From: Oscillospiraceae bacterium | GTDB lineage: Bacteria; Bacillota; Clostridia; Oscillospirales; Oscillospiraceae | Direction of reading: 5' to 3' | Assembly: GCA_017502265.1 (NCBI GenBank) | Contig: JAFVVI010000024.1 | Span: 1,968 to 65,967, forward strand | DNA length: 64,000 nucleotides | Shown: in pieces, positions 45,658-55,441 of the stretch | How positions within the stretch are numbered: position 1 is the stretch's first letter | How the letters are laid out: each line of letters begins with the position of its first letter | Notes under the pieces: generated by a model | Seen by the model: the letters and a program-made list of their open reading frames with translations, nothing else | What the model was told of the DNA's origin: nothing | Databases searched by the model: none | Translations under genes and position numbers: made by a program

Positions 45658-45763
45658 GATCTAACCTCCAATATGTAGTGTATGATATTCCATTCATCAA
45701 TGGAATGCAAATATATTTTAGCACGGATTTTTCAAAATGCAATCACTTTTTTGAAAATATGCC

Positions 45764-45792
45764 GTATATTTTTGGCTTTCTGCGGAAAGAAT
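45764..45792 (+). promoter_or_regulatory. Putative sigmaF promoter
   Basis: GTATA-15 nt-GGAAAGAAT, shortly before SD AGGAGG. Confidence 0.7.
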
Positions 45793-45814
45793 CTTTCAAA
45801 AGCAGGAGGTACTT

Positions 45815-48130
45815 ATGCGTTTCACTCCACAAACACAAAAAATTTTACTGTCTGCTGCCCATATTGCCAGGGATTTTGGCCATGGCTATGTAGGCAGCGC
45901 GCACCTGCTGATGGCTATGGCCAGGCAACCGGATTCCACAGGGGAACTGCTCCGTTGGGCGGGGGTGGAGTCGGATCGGGCAGCGCAGATCGCAGGAGTG
46001 CTGTACGGCGTCGGCACGCCCGGTTTGCCCTTACCCCAAGGGTATTCCGGGCAAATGCGGCGGATTCTGCGGGAGGCCGGCCGGGAAGCGGATTATCAAA
46101 AGAGCAGCCGGGTAGAGCCGGTACATGTGTTACTGTCGATGTTACGGCAGGACAGAACTGCCGCAAAGGAGCTATTGATCTTAAGCGGCGTGGATACGGA
46201 GAGCTTGTTTAACAGAACTGTGGAAACGATCCGTTATCAGCGGGAAATGGATAATAAGCAGAAGGAGGCGGTTACAACGAAGCTGCTGGAACAGTTCAGC
46301 GAAGATCTGATTATGAAAGCATCCACCATGGAGCCTGTGATCGGCCGGGAGCAGGAGATCAATACGGTGATCGGGATCCTGTGCCGGAAGAATAAGAACA
46401 ACCCGGCACTGGTAGGTGAGCCGGGTGTGGGCAAGACGGCCATAGCCGAGGGCCTTGCCCAGCGGATGGCGGCGGGGAATGTGCCGCCGCAGCTGAAAAA
46501 CAAACGGCTTTACAGCCTGAATATGGCCAATCTGGTGGCAGGCACCAAATACCGGGGCGAGTTTGAAGAACGGCTTCGGGATGTGCTGACGGAGATTCGC
46601 CGGGCCGGGGATGTGATTCTCTTTGTGGATGAGATGCATACCATTGTAGGCGCAGGTGCGGCAGAGGGCGCGATTGATGCTGCCAATATTTTCAAGCCTG
46701 CATTGGGCAGGGGAGAACTGCAAATGCTGGGTGCCACTACCCTGGACGAATATAAAAAATTTATCGAAAAGGACCCGGCCTTGGACAGACGGTTTCGGCC
46801 GGTGATGGTGGAAGAGCCGGATCGTGAGGCTACCCTGGCCATCCTCCACGGTTTGAAGCCAGGCCTTGAGCGCCACCACCATATCCGCATTACCGAGGAG
46901 GCTGTGCAGGAGGCACTGCGGCTTTCTGTGCGGTATTTGCCGGACCTGTATCTGCCGGATAAGGCTATTGACCTTTTGGATGAGGGCGCGGCGCACGCCC
47001 GTATGGAGGAGCTATATAACGGCAGTAGCCAGCGACAGGAGCTGGAAGAGGAACTGCAGGAGGCAATCCGGGAGAGTCGCTATGAAAAAGCCGCTCTTTT
47101 GCGGGATAAGATGCAAAGCCTTGCTGCCCGGAGTAGTGGCAGCCGCCATAGCAAAACCGTTACACCGGCCGACATTGCCTGGGCGGTGTCGGCCCGGACG
47201 GGAATCCCGGTAGGGCGATTGACAGCCAACCGGCGGGAACGGCTGCTGCAGCTGGAAACCATATTGGAAAAGCAGGTGATCGGTCAGCAAAAGGCGGTAA
47301 CGCAGGTGGCCGAGTGTGTCCGCCGGGGTCTTAGCAGTATCCGGGAAGAAGACCGGCCGGCAGCCTGTCTGTTACTGACAGGGCCAACCGGGGTGGGCAA
47401 AACAGAACTGTGCCGGGCTTTGGCCCGGGAGCTATACGGCAGCAAGGACGCCATGATCCGATTGGATATGACAGAGTTTATGGAAAAACACGCCGTGGCC
47501 CGGCTCATCGGCGCGCCTCCCGGCTATGTGGGCTACGAGGAGGGCGGTAAGCTGACCGAGGCGGTTCGCCGCAGGCCCTATTGCCTGGTGCTTCTGGATG
47601 AATTGGAAAAGGCTCACCCGGATGTGACGGGAATTCTGCTGCAGATTATGGAAGAGGGTGTGCTGACGGATTCCACCGGCCGTCGGGTCAGTTTCCGTAA
47701 TGCCATCGTGGTGATGACTTCTAATTTAGGTGGCAATGTACGGGGTGACGGTCTGGGATTCCAACCTGCCGGCCGGGAGGGACAGTGTATGGAAGCGGTG
47801 CGGCAACATTTTACACCGGAGTTTTTGGGGCGGCTGGATGCAATCGTGCCGTTTACTCCTTTGGAACAGCAGGCAATGACCGGTATCGTGCAGAAATATC
47901 TCAGCCGCTTGCAGAATCGGGCAGCCGCCGGGGGCGTGCAGCTGATTTTTCCGGAGGAATTGGCGGAGGAGTTGGGCAAAAAATGCCGGCAGCAGGGTGG
48001 CGCCCGGCAGGCCCGCCGTCTGGTGCAGGAACAGGTGGAAGGACCGTTGGCGGTGCATTTGTTGAAATGCGTCAAAAAGCCGGTGCGGATCAAGGCGAGA
48101 TTAGAAGAGGGAAATCTGATTTTTCAGTAA
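45815..48130 (+). CDS. ClpC-like AAA+ ATPase (paralog)
   Basis: Clp-N repeats, GEPGVGKT/FVDEMH, UVR motif YEKAALLRD, GPTGVGKT/LLDELEK, GYVGY, LGF ClpP-docking loop. Confidence 0.9.
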   Translation: MRFTPQTQKILLSAAHIARDFGHGYVGSAHLLMAMARQPDSTGELLRWAGVESDRAAQIAGVLYGVGTPGLPLPQGYSGQMRRILREAGREADYQKSSRVEPVHVLLSMLRQDRTAAKELLILSGVDTESLFNRTVETIRYQREMDNKQKEAVTTKLLEQFSEDLIMKASTMEPVIGREQEINTVIGILCRKNKNNPALVGEPGVGKTAIAEGLAQRMAAGNVPPQLKNKRLYSLNMANLVAGTKYRGEFEERLRDVLTEIRRAGDVILFVDEMHTIVGAGAAEGAIDAANIFKPALGRGELQMLGATTLDEYKKFIEKDPALDRRFRPVMVEEPDREATLAILHGLKPGLERHHHIRITEEAVQEALRLSVRYLPDLYLPDKAIDLLDEGAAHARMEELYNGSSQRQELEEELQEAIRESRYEKAALLRDKMQSLAARSSGSRHSKTVTPADIAWAVSARTGIPVGRLTANRRERLLQLETILEKQVIGQQKAVTQVAECVRRGLSSIREEDRPAACLLLTGPTGVGKTELCRALARELYGSKDAMIRLDMTEFMEKHAVARLIGAPPGYVGYEEGGKLTEAVRRRPYCLVLLDELEKAHPDVTGILLQIMEEGVLTDSTGRRVSFRNAIVVMTSNLGGNVRGDGLGFQPAGREGQCMEAVRQHFTPEFLGRLDAIVPFTPLEQQAMTGIVQKYLSRLQNRAAAGGVQLIFPEELAEELGKKCRQQGGARQARRLVQEQVEGPLAVHLLKCVKKPVRIKARLEEGNLIFQ

Positions 48131-48147
48131 CACAAAGCGCAAATATA

Positions 48148-48186
48148 GCAGATGAACAGACGGGATATCTGTTCATCTGCATTTTT
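48148..48186 (+). terminator. Intrinsic terminator
   Basis: GCAGATGAACAGA..TCTGTTCATCTGC-ATTTTT. Confidence 0.8.
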
Positions 48187-48260
48187 ATAGAACAAGCGTT
48201 CTAAAATTGCAAAATCAGGGTATTTTTGCAGAAAAAATTGAAAAAAATAAAAGAAAAGTG

Positions 48261-48336
48261 TTGATTTTTGAAAAACTCTCGTTTATACTATGAGTAAAAG
48301 GGAGCAAAAATGTAGTAAAGTGGAGTAAAAGGGAAG
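48261..48336 (+). promoter_or_regulatory. dcw promoter with MraZ-binding direct repeats
   Basis: TTGATT-17-TATACT then about 10-bp-phased AGGGAG/ATGTAG/GTGGAG/AGGGAA boxes. Confidence 0.72.
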
Positions 48337-48349
48337 GAGGTGACCGCAA

Positions 48350-48778
48350 ATGATCGGTAAATACCCTGCAAAGTTGGATGAGAAGAACCGACTCTTCGTT
48401 CCGGCCAAGCTCAGTGCAGAACTGGGTGAAGATTTCTATGTGACCTTGGGCGTCAACTGCGGTCACCGGTGTCTGACGGTCTATACCGCACAGGATTGGG
48501 ACACCTTGATTCAGAACTATAACAGCCTGCCCATTTCCCGTCGCTCTGCAGCTTCCAGCTTGATCTTTATGAATGCCACTCAGTGCACCCCCGATAAGCA
48601 GTTCCGCTTTGGCCTGACCCAGTTCCTCTTGGAATACGCCGGAATCGGCAGAGAGGTTATGATCGTTGGCCGGGCAGGACAGGCTGAGATCTGGGACGCA
48701 GCAGAATTTAAGGCCTTTGAAGAGCAGAATCTTTCTCCTGAAAAGCTGCTGGCATCTATGGAGGAAATCGGTCTATGA
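48350..48778 (+). CDS. mraZ: Transcriptional regulator MraZ
   Basis: LDEKNRLFVP, DKQFR, EIWD; precedes rsmH. Confidence 0.9.
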   Translation: MIGKYPAKLDEKNRLFVPAKLSAELGEDFYVTLGVNCGHRCLTVYTAQDWDTLIQNYNSLPISRRSAASSLIFMNATQCTPDKQFRFGLTQFLLEYAGIGREVMIVGRAGQAEIWDAAEFKAFEEQNLSPEKLLASMEEIGL

Positions 48779-49710
48779 GCGAATTCCATCATGTGTCTGT
48801 GCTGTTGGAGGAATGCTTAGAGGGACTTGCCGTCAAACCCGACGGTATCTACCTGGACGGCACATTGGGCGGCGCTGGCCATTCCAGCCAGATCGCAAAG
48901 CGCCTCACCACCGGCAGACTGATCGGCATTGACCGGGACCCGGTTGCGTTAAAGGCAGCAGGGGAGCGATTGGAGCCTTACAAAGACACAGTAACTTTGG
49001 TCCATTCCAATTTCTGCGAAATGGCCCAGGTGGTCAAGGATTTGGGACTTCCCGGTGTGGATGGAATACTGTTGGATCTTGGCGTGTCCTCTCCTCAGTT
49101 GGATGACGGCGCCCGCGGATTTTCCTATATGGCCGATGCGCCGCTGGATATGCGGATGAACAGTCAGGACAGCCTGACGGCCCATGCCGTTGTGAACACC
49201 TGGAGCCAGGAAGAATTAAAGCGAATTCTTTTCGATTACGGTGAGGAGCGCTACGCGCCCCGCATCGCAGGCGCGATCTGTAGATACAGAGAAGAAAAAA
49301 CAATTGATACCACCTTGGAGCTGGTGGACATCATCCGCTCGGCGATGCCACCCCAGGCGCTGCGGGAAAAGCAGCACCCGGCAAAGCGAAGCTTTCAGGC
49401 CATCCGCATCGCGGTCAACGATGAGCTTGGCTCTGTGGAGCGGGCCATGGAGGCAGCAATCCCGCTGCTGAATCCCGGCGGACGGCTGGCGGTAATCACC
49501 TTCCATTCTTTGGAAGACCGGATTGTAAAAAATGCAATGGCAGAGGCAGCCAAGGGCTGCACCTGTCCGCCCAATTTCCCTGTATGCGTCTGTGGAAAAA
49601 AACCGCAGGTAAAGCTGATAAGCCGCAAGCCCATTGTGGCGACCGAGGAAGAGCTGGAAGTCAATCCCCGTTCCCGTAGCGCGAAACTGCGGGTGTGTGA
49701 AAAAATATAA
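48775..49710 (+). CDS. rsmH: 16S rRNA C1402 N4-methyltransferase
   Basis: DGTLGGAGHS, DLGVSSPQLD, FQAIRIAVNDEL, FHSLEDR, NPRSRSAKLR. Confidence 0.97.
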   Translation: MSEFHHVSVLLEECLEGLAVKPDGIYLDGTLGGAGHSSQIAKRLTTGRLIGIDRDPVALKAAGERLEPYKDTVTLVHSNFCEMAQVVKDLGLPGVDGILLDLGVSSPQLDDGARGFSYMADAPLDMRMNSQDSLTAHAVVNTWSQEELKRILFDYGEERYAPRIAGAICRYREEKTIDTTLELVDIIRSAMPPQALREKQHPAKRSFQAIRIAVNDELGSVERAMEAAIPLLNPGGRLAVITFHSLEDRIVKNAMAEAAKGCTCPPNFPVCVCGKKPQVKLISRKPIVATEEELEVNPRSRSAKLRVCEKI

Positions 49711-49728
49711 AGGAAGGGAACAAAAAGT

Positions 49729-50193
49729 ATGGCACAGCGCGTAGATGTACAGTATGTCCAGTATTATACTCCGGATAGCACGGCTCGCCGCGTGATGCCT
49801 GCCGTTTCCACCTATTTCCGACCTCTGCCGGTGGCGAAGAAGCGCAAGGTGCAGCGGATCTGTGTAGATCCGGTGGCTCTCCTTGGAATCGTAGTGGCCA
49901 CCGCTATGATGCTGATGATGGCCGTTGGCGTCAGCCAGCTGCGTGTAGAGCAGGAAAAGAGCGCCGTTATGGAGGAATATGTCCAGCGGCTTGAGATCCG
50001 CAACAGTCAGCTGGAAGCGGAATACGCTGCTTCCTGCGATCTGGAGGCGGTGGAAAAAACCGCTCTGGCATTGGGAATGATTCCCGCAGAGAATGCCGCC
50101 CGCACCACCATTACGGTAGAGCCGGCGCAGACCCAAACAGAGATTACCCTCTGGAATCGGATCGGAACATTTCTAACAGGACTTTTTGCATAA
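49729..50193 (+). CDS. FtsL-like bitopic coiled-coil protein
   Basis: TM plus coiled coil, LEAVEKTALALGM; between rsmH and PBP. Confidence 0.75.
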   Translation: MAQRVDVQYVQYYTPDSTARRVMPAVSTYFRPLPVAKKRKVQRICVDPVALLGIVVATAMMLMMAVGVSQLRVEQEKSAVMEEYVQRLEIRNSQLEAEYAASCDLEAVEKTALALGMIPAENAARTTITVEPAQTQTEITLWNRIGTFLTGLFA

Positions 50194-50229
50194 AAGACCT
50201 CTTTGCCAATACACTTGAATAAGGCTGCG

Positions 50230-50264
50230 ATGGGCGGCGAGGGATTCCCTTGCTGCCCATTTTT
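50230..50264 (+). terminator. Terminator-like hairpin before PBP gene
   Basis: ATGGGCGGCGAGGG-ATT-CCCTTGCTGCCCAT-TTTT. Confidence 0.55.
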
Positions 50265-50282
50265 CAGAAAGGTCGGGGTGTT

Positions 50283-52613
50283 ATGGCAAAAAGGGAAAGA
50301 CCGCGGGAGTATAACCGCATCCGGATGGATTCCGGCCAGCACAGGCGGATCAAAATCGTATCATTGCTGCTGGGGATCCTTGCGTTTATACCCATTGCGG
50401 TGCAGCTGTTCGGCTTAATGGTCAGAGACTATGACTATTACGCCCGGCTCGCCCTGCGGAATCAGACCCGCACCACCCGGGTCACCGCGGACCGGGGTTT
50501 GATCTACGACCGGAATATGAACATTCTGGCCTGCTCACAAAGTGTGGAGAATGTCTATTTAGACCCCCACGAACTCAAGCAGTCCAAGGCGGACATTGCC
50601 GCCATTTCGGAAAAACTGGGGCAGATTCTGGAGTTGGACCCCGGCTGGATCGCCCAACAGGCGAAAGATACCAAAATGCGGTACAAGCAGATTGCGGCCC
50701 GCATAAATGAAGAAACGGCGGGTTTGATCCGCAGCTATATCAATGAGCAGGGGATCTCAGGTATCCACATAGAGCCCAATTCCCAGCGATACTATCCCTA
50801 CGGCAGCTTGGCGGCTCAGGTGATTGGTTTTACCAATGCCTCCAATACCGGCTCTGAGGGCGTGGAGGCGGCCTATAACAGCTATCTGGAGGGTACAGCC
50901 GGCAAGGTTATTACCACTAAGGGCAATAACGAAATGGATATGCCCTATTCCTATGAAAATTACACCGCCTCCCGGCCGGGAGACAGCGTGGTGCTCACCT
51001 TGGATATGACGGTGCAGGCGTGTCTGGAAAAGCAGATGGAGGCGGCCATTGCCCGGTACGATGTGCAAAACGGGGCCTTTGGCATGGTAATGAATGTCAA
51101 GACCGGTGAAATATTGGCAATGGCGACCTTGGGCAGCTACGACCCCAACAATTATCTGGAGGTGCAGGACTCTTGGACTGCCGATAAACTGGAAAAGCTC
51201 CGTAACGAATATCTCTTGCAGCCGGAAGGGTCGCAAGCATTCCTGGACGGACAGAAAACTTACAAAGAGGCATTGAATGAGGCCCTTTTGAAACAGTGGC
51301 GGAACCGGTGCATCTCCGACGGCTATGAGCCGGGCTCGACCTTTAAGGTGATGACCATGGCGGCGGCGCTGGATTGCGGCGCGATCACACTGGAAAATGA
51401 TTTTTATTGCCGTGGCGCGGAGCAGATCCCCGGCCGGTCCCAACTGTTGCATTGCTGGCGGTCCACCGGCCACGGCGCGCAAAAAACACCCCAGGCATTG
51501 CAGAATTCCTGCAATTTGGCGTTCGCCCATATTGCCCTGAAGTTGGGCGGCCAGCGGTTTTATGAATATGTAAAGAATTTTGGCATTCTGGAAAAAACCG
51601 GCTTGGATTTGACCGGTGAGAGTAAGGGTGTGTTCTTCTCTAAAGAACTGGTAACCAATACAGATAAATGGGGCACGGCCTCCCTGACATCCGGCTCTTT
51701 TGGCCAGACCTTCAAGCTGACCCCTTTGCAGCTGGTAAGAGGGATCGCGGCAGTGGTCAACGGCGGATACCTGTTAGAGCCATATATCGTGTCGGAAGTG
51801 ATGGATGCTGACGGCAACACAGTTTTAAAACAAGAGCCAACGGTGCTGCGGCAGGTCATCAAGGAAGAAACCTCCAAGACCATGCGCACACTGATGCAAT
51901 CGGTGGTGGAAGAGGGGACGGCCAAAAATGCCCAGGTTGCCGGCTTTGCCATCGGCGGAAAAACCGGCACCAGCGAGAAGATTGATATCTTTGATGAGAA
52001 CGGCCAGCGGGTGCAGGATAAAATTGTTTCCTTCGTAGGGGTTGCGCCAATGGACGATCCGGAGTATATTGTACTTGTGGCGTTGGACACCCCCTCCCGG
52101 ACCACGGGCATCTATATTTCCGGCGGTGTGATGGCTGCGCCTACCGTAGGCGCGGTGATGGCGGATATTCTGCCCTATCTGGAAGTGAAACGAAACTATA
52201 CGGAAGAAGATGCAGCAGGCCGCGCAGTGACTATTGAGGATTATTCCGGACTTACTCTGGAAGAGGCAAAAAAACAGCTTAAAGCATTGGGGATCACCGC
52301 CGAAACCGTTGGCGCAGGCGATACGGTAACCGCCCAGATCCCCGCGCCGGGGAATGTGGTACCCGGAAACAGTCAGGTGCTTTTGTACCTTGGCGAAGAA
52401 CCGGATACTCGACTTGTGACCGTCCCGGATTTTACCGGTATGACCCGCCAGCAGGCCAGCGACGCGGCAGGTCTTCTGGGGCTGTATATTTTGGTGACCG
52501 GTAACGATGCTATGGATGCTGTGGTCACTGCCCAAGCTTACGCAAAAGATACACAGGTTCCCGTGGGAACCACGATAAAACTGGAGTTTGCCGATATCAA
52601 GGCGGCGGATTAG
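50283..52613 (+). CDS. spoVD: Class B penicillin-binding protein (SpoVD/FtsI-like) with two PASTA domains
   Basis: RG.IYDRN, RYYPYG, EPGSTFK, SCN, KTGT, two PASTA-like repeats. Confidence 0.85.
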   Translation: MAKRERPREYNRIRMDSGQHRRIKIVSLLLGILAFIPIAVQLFGLMVRDYDYYARLALRNQTRTTRVTADRGLIYDRNMNILACSQSVENVYLDPHELKQSKADIAAISEKLGQILELDPGWIAQQAKDTKMRYKQIAARINEETAGLIRSYINEQGISGIHIEPNSQRYYPYGSLAAQVIGFTNASNTGSEGVEAAYNSYLEGTAGKVITTKGNNEMDMPYSYENYTASRPGDSVVLTLDMTVQACLEKQMEAAIARYDVQNGAFGMVMNVKTGEILAMATLGSYDPNNYLEVQDSWTADKLEKLRNEYLLQPEGSQAFLDGQKTYKEALNEALLKQWRNRCISDGYEPGSTFKVMTMAAALDCGAITLENDFYCRGAEQIPGRSQLLHCWRSTGHGAQKTPQALQNSCNLAFAHIALKLGGQRFYEYVKNFGILEKTGLDLTGESKGVFFSKELVTNTDKWGTASLTSGSFGQTFKLTPLQLVRGIAAVVNGGYLLEPYIVSEVMDADGNTVLKQEPTVLRQVIKEETSKTMRTLMQSVVEEGTAKNAQVAGFAIGGKTGTSEKIDIFDENGQRVQDKIVSFVGVAPMDDPEYIVLVALDTPSRTTGIYISGGVMAAPTVGAVMADILPYLEVKRNYTEEDAAGRAVTIEDYSGLTLEEAKKQLKALGITAETVGAGDTVTAQIPAPGNVVPGNSQVLLYLGEEPDTRLVTVPDFTGMTRQQASDAAGLLGLYILVTGNDAMDAVVTAQAYAKDTQVPVGTTIKLEFADIKAAD

Positions 52614-52622
52614 GAGTGCGTT

Positions 52623-54076
52623 ATGAAACTAAAGCAATTGCTGAATCATGTGGATGTGATCAAGACCAATGTGTCTATGGATATGGAGATCCCGGCGGTG
52701 GTCTATGACTCCCGAAAGGTGACCGCCGGCTGTCTGTTTGTGGCCATCAACGGCTTTGCAACCGATGGCAACAAGTATATCCCTATGGCGCTGGAAAAGG
52801 GCGCGGCGGTGGTGGTAACCGCCCAGCCGCAGCCGGAGTCTGTGCCCTATGTGCAGGTGGCCTCTGACCGTCTGGCCTTGGCCCAGATCGGTGGCAATTT
52901 CTTTGACCACCCTGTGGATTCTATGCCGCTGGTGGGTATTACCGGTACCAACGGCAAGACCTCTTCTACCTTGCTTTTGAAGCATATTTTGGAGCAAGTG
53001 CGCGGCGCTAAGGTGGGCCTTGTGGGCACGATGGGCAATATGATCGGCGATCTTCCCGTTCCCGGTGACCGCACCACCCCGGAAAGCTTTGATTTGCAGG
53101 AATTGCTGGCCCGGATGCGGGATGCAGGCTGCGGCTATGTGGTTATGGAGGTATCCTCCCACGCCATCGCGCTGGACAGAGTGGCTGGCCTGCGCTATGC
53201 CGTGGCGGCCTTTACCAACCTGACTGAGGATCATTTGGATTTCCACAAGACTATGGAGTCCTACTGCGATACCAAGGCAGAACTCTTCCGCCGCTGCCAA
53301 AAGGCAGTTTGCAACTGCGACGATGAATGGTTTGACAGGATTGCGGAAAACGCCGCTTGCGATATGCTGACCACATCTGTTAAAGGCGGCGGCCGGTTGC
53401 AGGCGGAGGATCTGGAGCTCCACGCCGATGGCGTGTCCTTTACGGCGGTGTACGGTGGCCAACGCATTCCTGTGGGCCTGCCTATCCCCGGCAAATTCTC
53501 TGTGTATAACGCGCTGACCGCCCTTGGCTGCGCAATTGAGCTGGGCATTTACTGCCTGATGCAGCCGCTGCGCTGCAAACGGCCAAAGGCGTCAAGGGCA
53601 GGGTAGAGGTGGTCCCAACCCCCGGCAAGGATTATACGATCCTCATTGACTATGCGCACACACCCGACGGATTGGAAAATGTTCTATCCTCTGTCAAGGG
53701 CTACTGCAAGGGTCGGCTCATTGCAGTGTTTGGCTGCGGTGGTGACCGGGATCCGGTCAAGCGGCCTATTATGGGCAGGATCGGTGTAGAGCTTGCCGAC
53801 TATGCCATCATCACCTCTGATAATCCCCGTACGGAAGATCCTGAAAAAATCATCCAGGATATCCTGAAAGGGGTAGATTCGGCAAAAAATAACTATGAAG
53901 TTTTGGTAAATCGCCCAAAAGCTATCCATCACGCTATGGACATTGCCAAAAAGAATGATATAATAGTACTGGCAGGAAAAGGCCATGAAACCTACCAGGA
54001 GATATGCGGTGTCAAACACCATCTGGACGAGCGCGAGGTGGTGGCTGCATATCTGGAGGAAATGAGGAACGGATAA
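52623..54076 (+). pseudogene. murE: UDP-MurNAc-tripeptide ligase MurE split by a 1-bp frameshift near 53550 (possible sequencing error)
   Basis: GTNGKT, TTPES, MEVSSH, DHLDFH in first frame; GVKGRVE, DYAHTPD, SDNPR, AGKGHE in second frame. Confidence 0.88.
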
Positions 54077-55425
54077 TGGGTAAAATAACCTTAGAGCAAG
54101 CCGCCCTTTGGTGCGGCGGCAAGATCGATTCCAAATATAAAGATATTACCTTCTTCGGCGCCAATAACGACAGCCGTAAGCTGGAGCAGGGGCAGCTGTT
54201 TGTTGCTCTGCAGGGCGTCCGGGACGGTCACGATTTCATCCCCGCGGCCCTGGAAAAGGGCGCAGCAGCGGTGCTTTGCACCCATTGCGACGGGGATTAC
54301 CCGGCCATCGTGGTGGAAGACACCCGTGTGGCGCTGGGTGAAATCGCCCGTGGCGAACGGCAGCGGTTGGGCATCAAAGTGGTGGGCATCACCGGCTCTG
54401 TGGGCAAAAGTACCACCAAGGAGATGGTAGCCTGCGTCCTGGGCACTACCTATCGTGTGGCCAAGACCCCAGAGAATCACAATAACGATATCGGTATGCC
54501 CATGGCCATTTTGAGCATTCCGGAGGATACGGAAATCGCCGTACTGGAAATGGGTATGAACCATTTCGGTGAAATTTCTTACCTGACTTCCATTGCCCGG
54601 CCCGACCTTGCGGTCATCACCAATATCGGTACTGTCCATGTGGAGCATTTAGGCTCTATTGAGGGCATTTTGCGGGCCAAGCTGGAGATCCTCGAGGGTA
54701 TGGTATCCGACAGTACCGTGATCTTTAACGGAGATAACGGCCTGTTGTGGAATCTGCGGGGGACCTTGGGCAAGCATACCGTATATTTCGGCGTGCAGAA
54801 TCCCGAGTGCGATGTGCTGGGTACAGAGGTGACCCCCAAAGATGGTCAGCTTAATTTCCGAGTCAAGGATTTTTCGGTAATGCTGCCTTTAGAGGGCGAG
54901 CATTATGTGCCTGATGCTCTGGCTGCTATTGCGGTGGGTCTGGAGCTGCAGGTAAAGCCTGAAAAAATCCGGGAAAGCCTTGCCGGCTTCCGAAATATGG
55001 CAGGTCGGCAGGAGATTTATGATAAGAACGGCTTTACCATTATTCAGGATTGCTATAATGCAGGTCCGGAGTCTATGGCCGCTGCGCTGGCAGTGCTGGG
55101 TAGTCGTACCGGCCGTCGTATGGCGGTGCTGGGAGACATGCTGGAGCTGGGTGTGTGCGCCGATGCGGAGCATTATAAGATCGGCCGGGTAGCGGCCAAG
55201 AATGCAGATCTGCTCCTTGCCTACGGTCCGACCAGCCAGCGCATGCTCTATGGCGCGATTACCGGCGGTATGTCACAAAATAGCGCAAGAGCCTTTACCG
55301 ATCGGGAAAAATTGGTGGAGGCGTTGAAGCTGCTGGCCAAACCCGGGGATACGATCCTTTTTAAGGGCAGCGCCGGTATGCGAATGAAGCAGGTGCTGGA
55401 TATGTTCCTGGAAGAAACCAAGTAA
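54076..55425 (+). CDS. murF: UDP-MurNAc-pentapeptide ligase MurF
   Basis: GITGSVGKSTTK, EMGMNH, D.YNAGPESM, LGDMLELG, KGS. Confidence 0.95.
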   Translation: MGKITLEQAALWCGGKIDSKYKDITFFGANNDSRKLEQGQLFVALQGVRDGHDFIPAALEKGAAAVLCTHCDGDYPAIVVEDTRVALGEIARGERQRLGIKVVGITGSVGKSTTKEMVACVLGTTYRVAKTPENHNNDIGMPMAILSIPEDTEIAVLEMGMNHFGEISYLTSIARPDLAVITNIGTVHVEHLGSIEGILRAKLEILEGMVSDSTVIFNGDNGLLWNLRGTLGKHTVYFGVQNPECDVLGTEVTPKDGQLNFRVKDFSVMLPLEGEHYVPDALAAIAVGLELQVKPEKIRESLAGFRNMAGRQEIYDKNGFTIIQDCYNAGPESMAAALAVLGSRTGRRMAVLGDMLELGVCADAEHYKIGRVAAKNADLLLAYGPTSQRMLYGAITGGMSQNSARAFTDREKLVEALKLLAKPGDTILFKGSAGMRMKQVLDMFLEETK

Positions 55426-55441
55426 CCACGGAGGACAAACT

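Noticed and set aside
45727-45758. TTTTCAAAA-N11-TTTTGAAAA inverted repeat
   Set aside because: Low-complexity A/T tracts flanking a -35 box; similar tracts occur at other promoters.
53540-53560. Programmed ribosomal frameshift in murE
   Set aside because: No X XXY YYZ slippery site or known precedent; sequencing error is more parsimonious.
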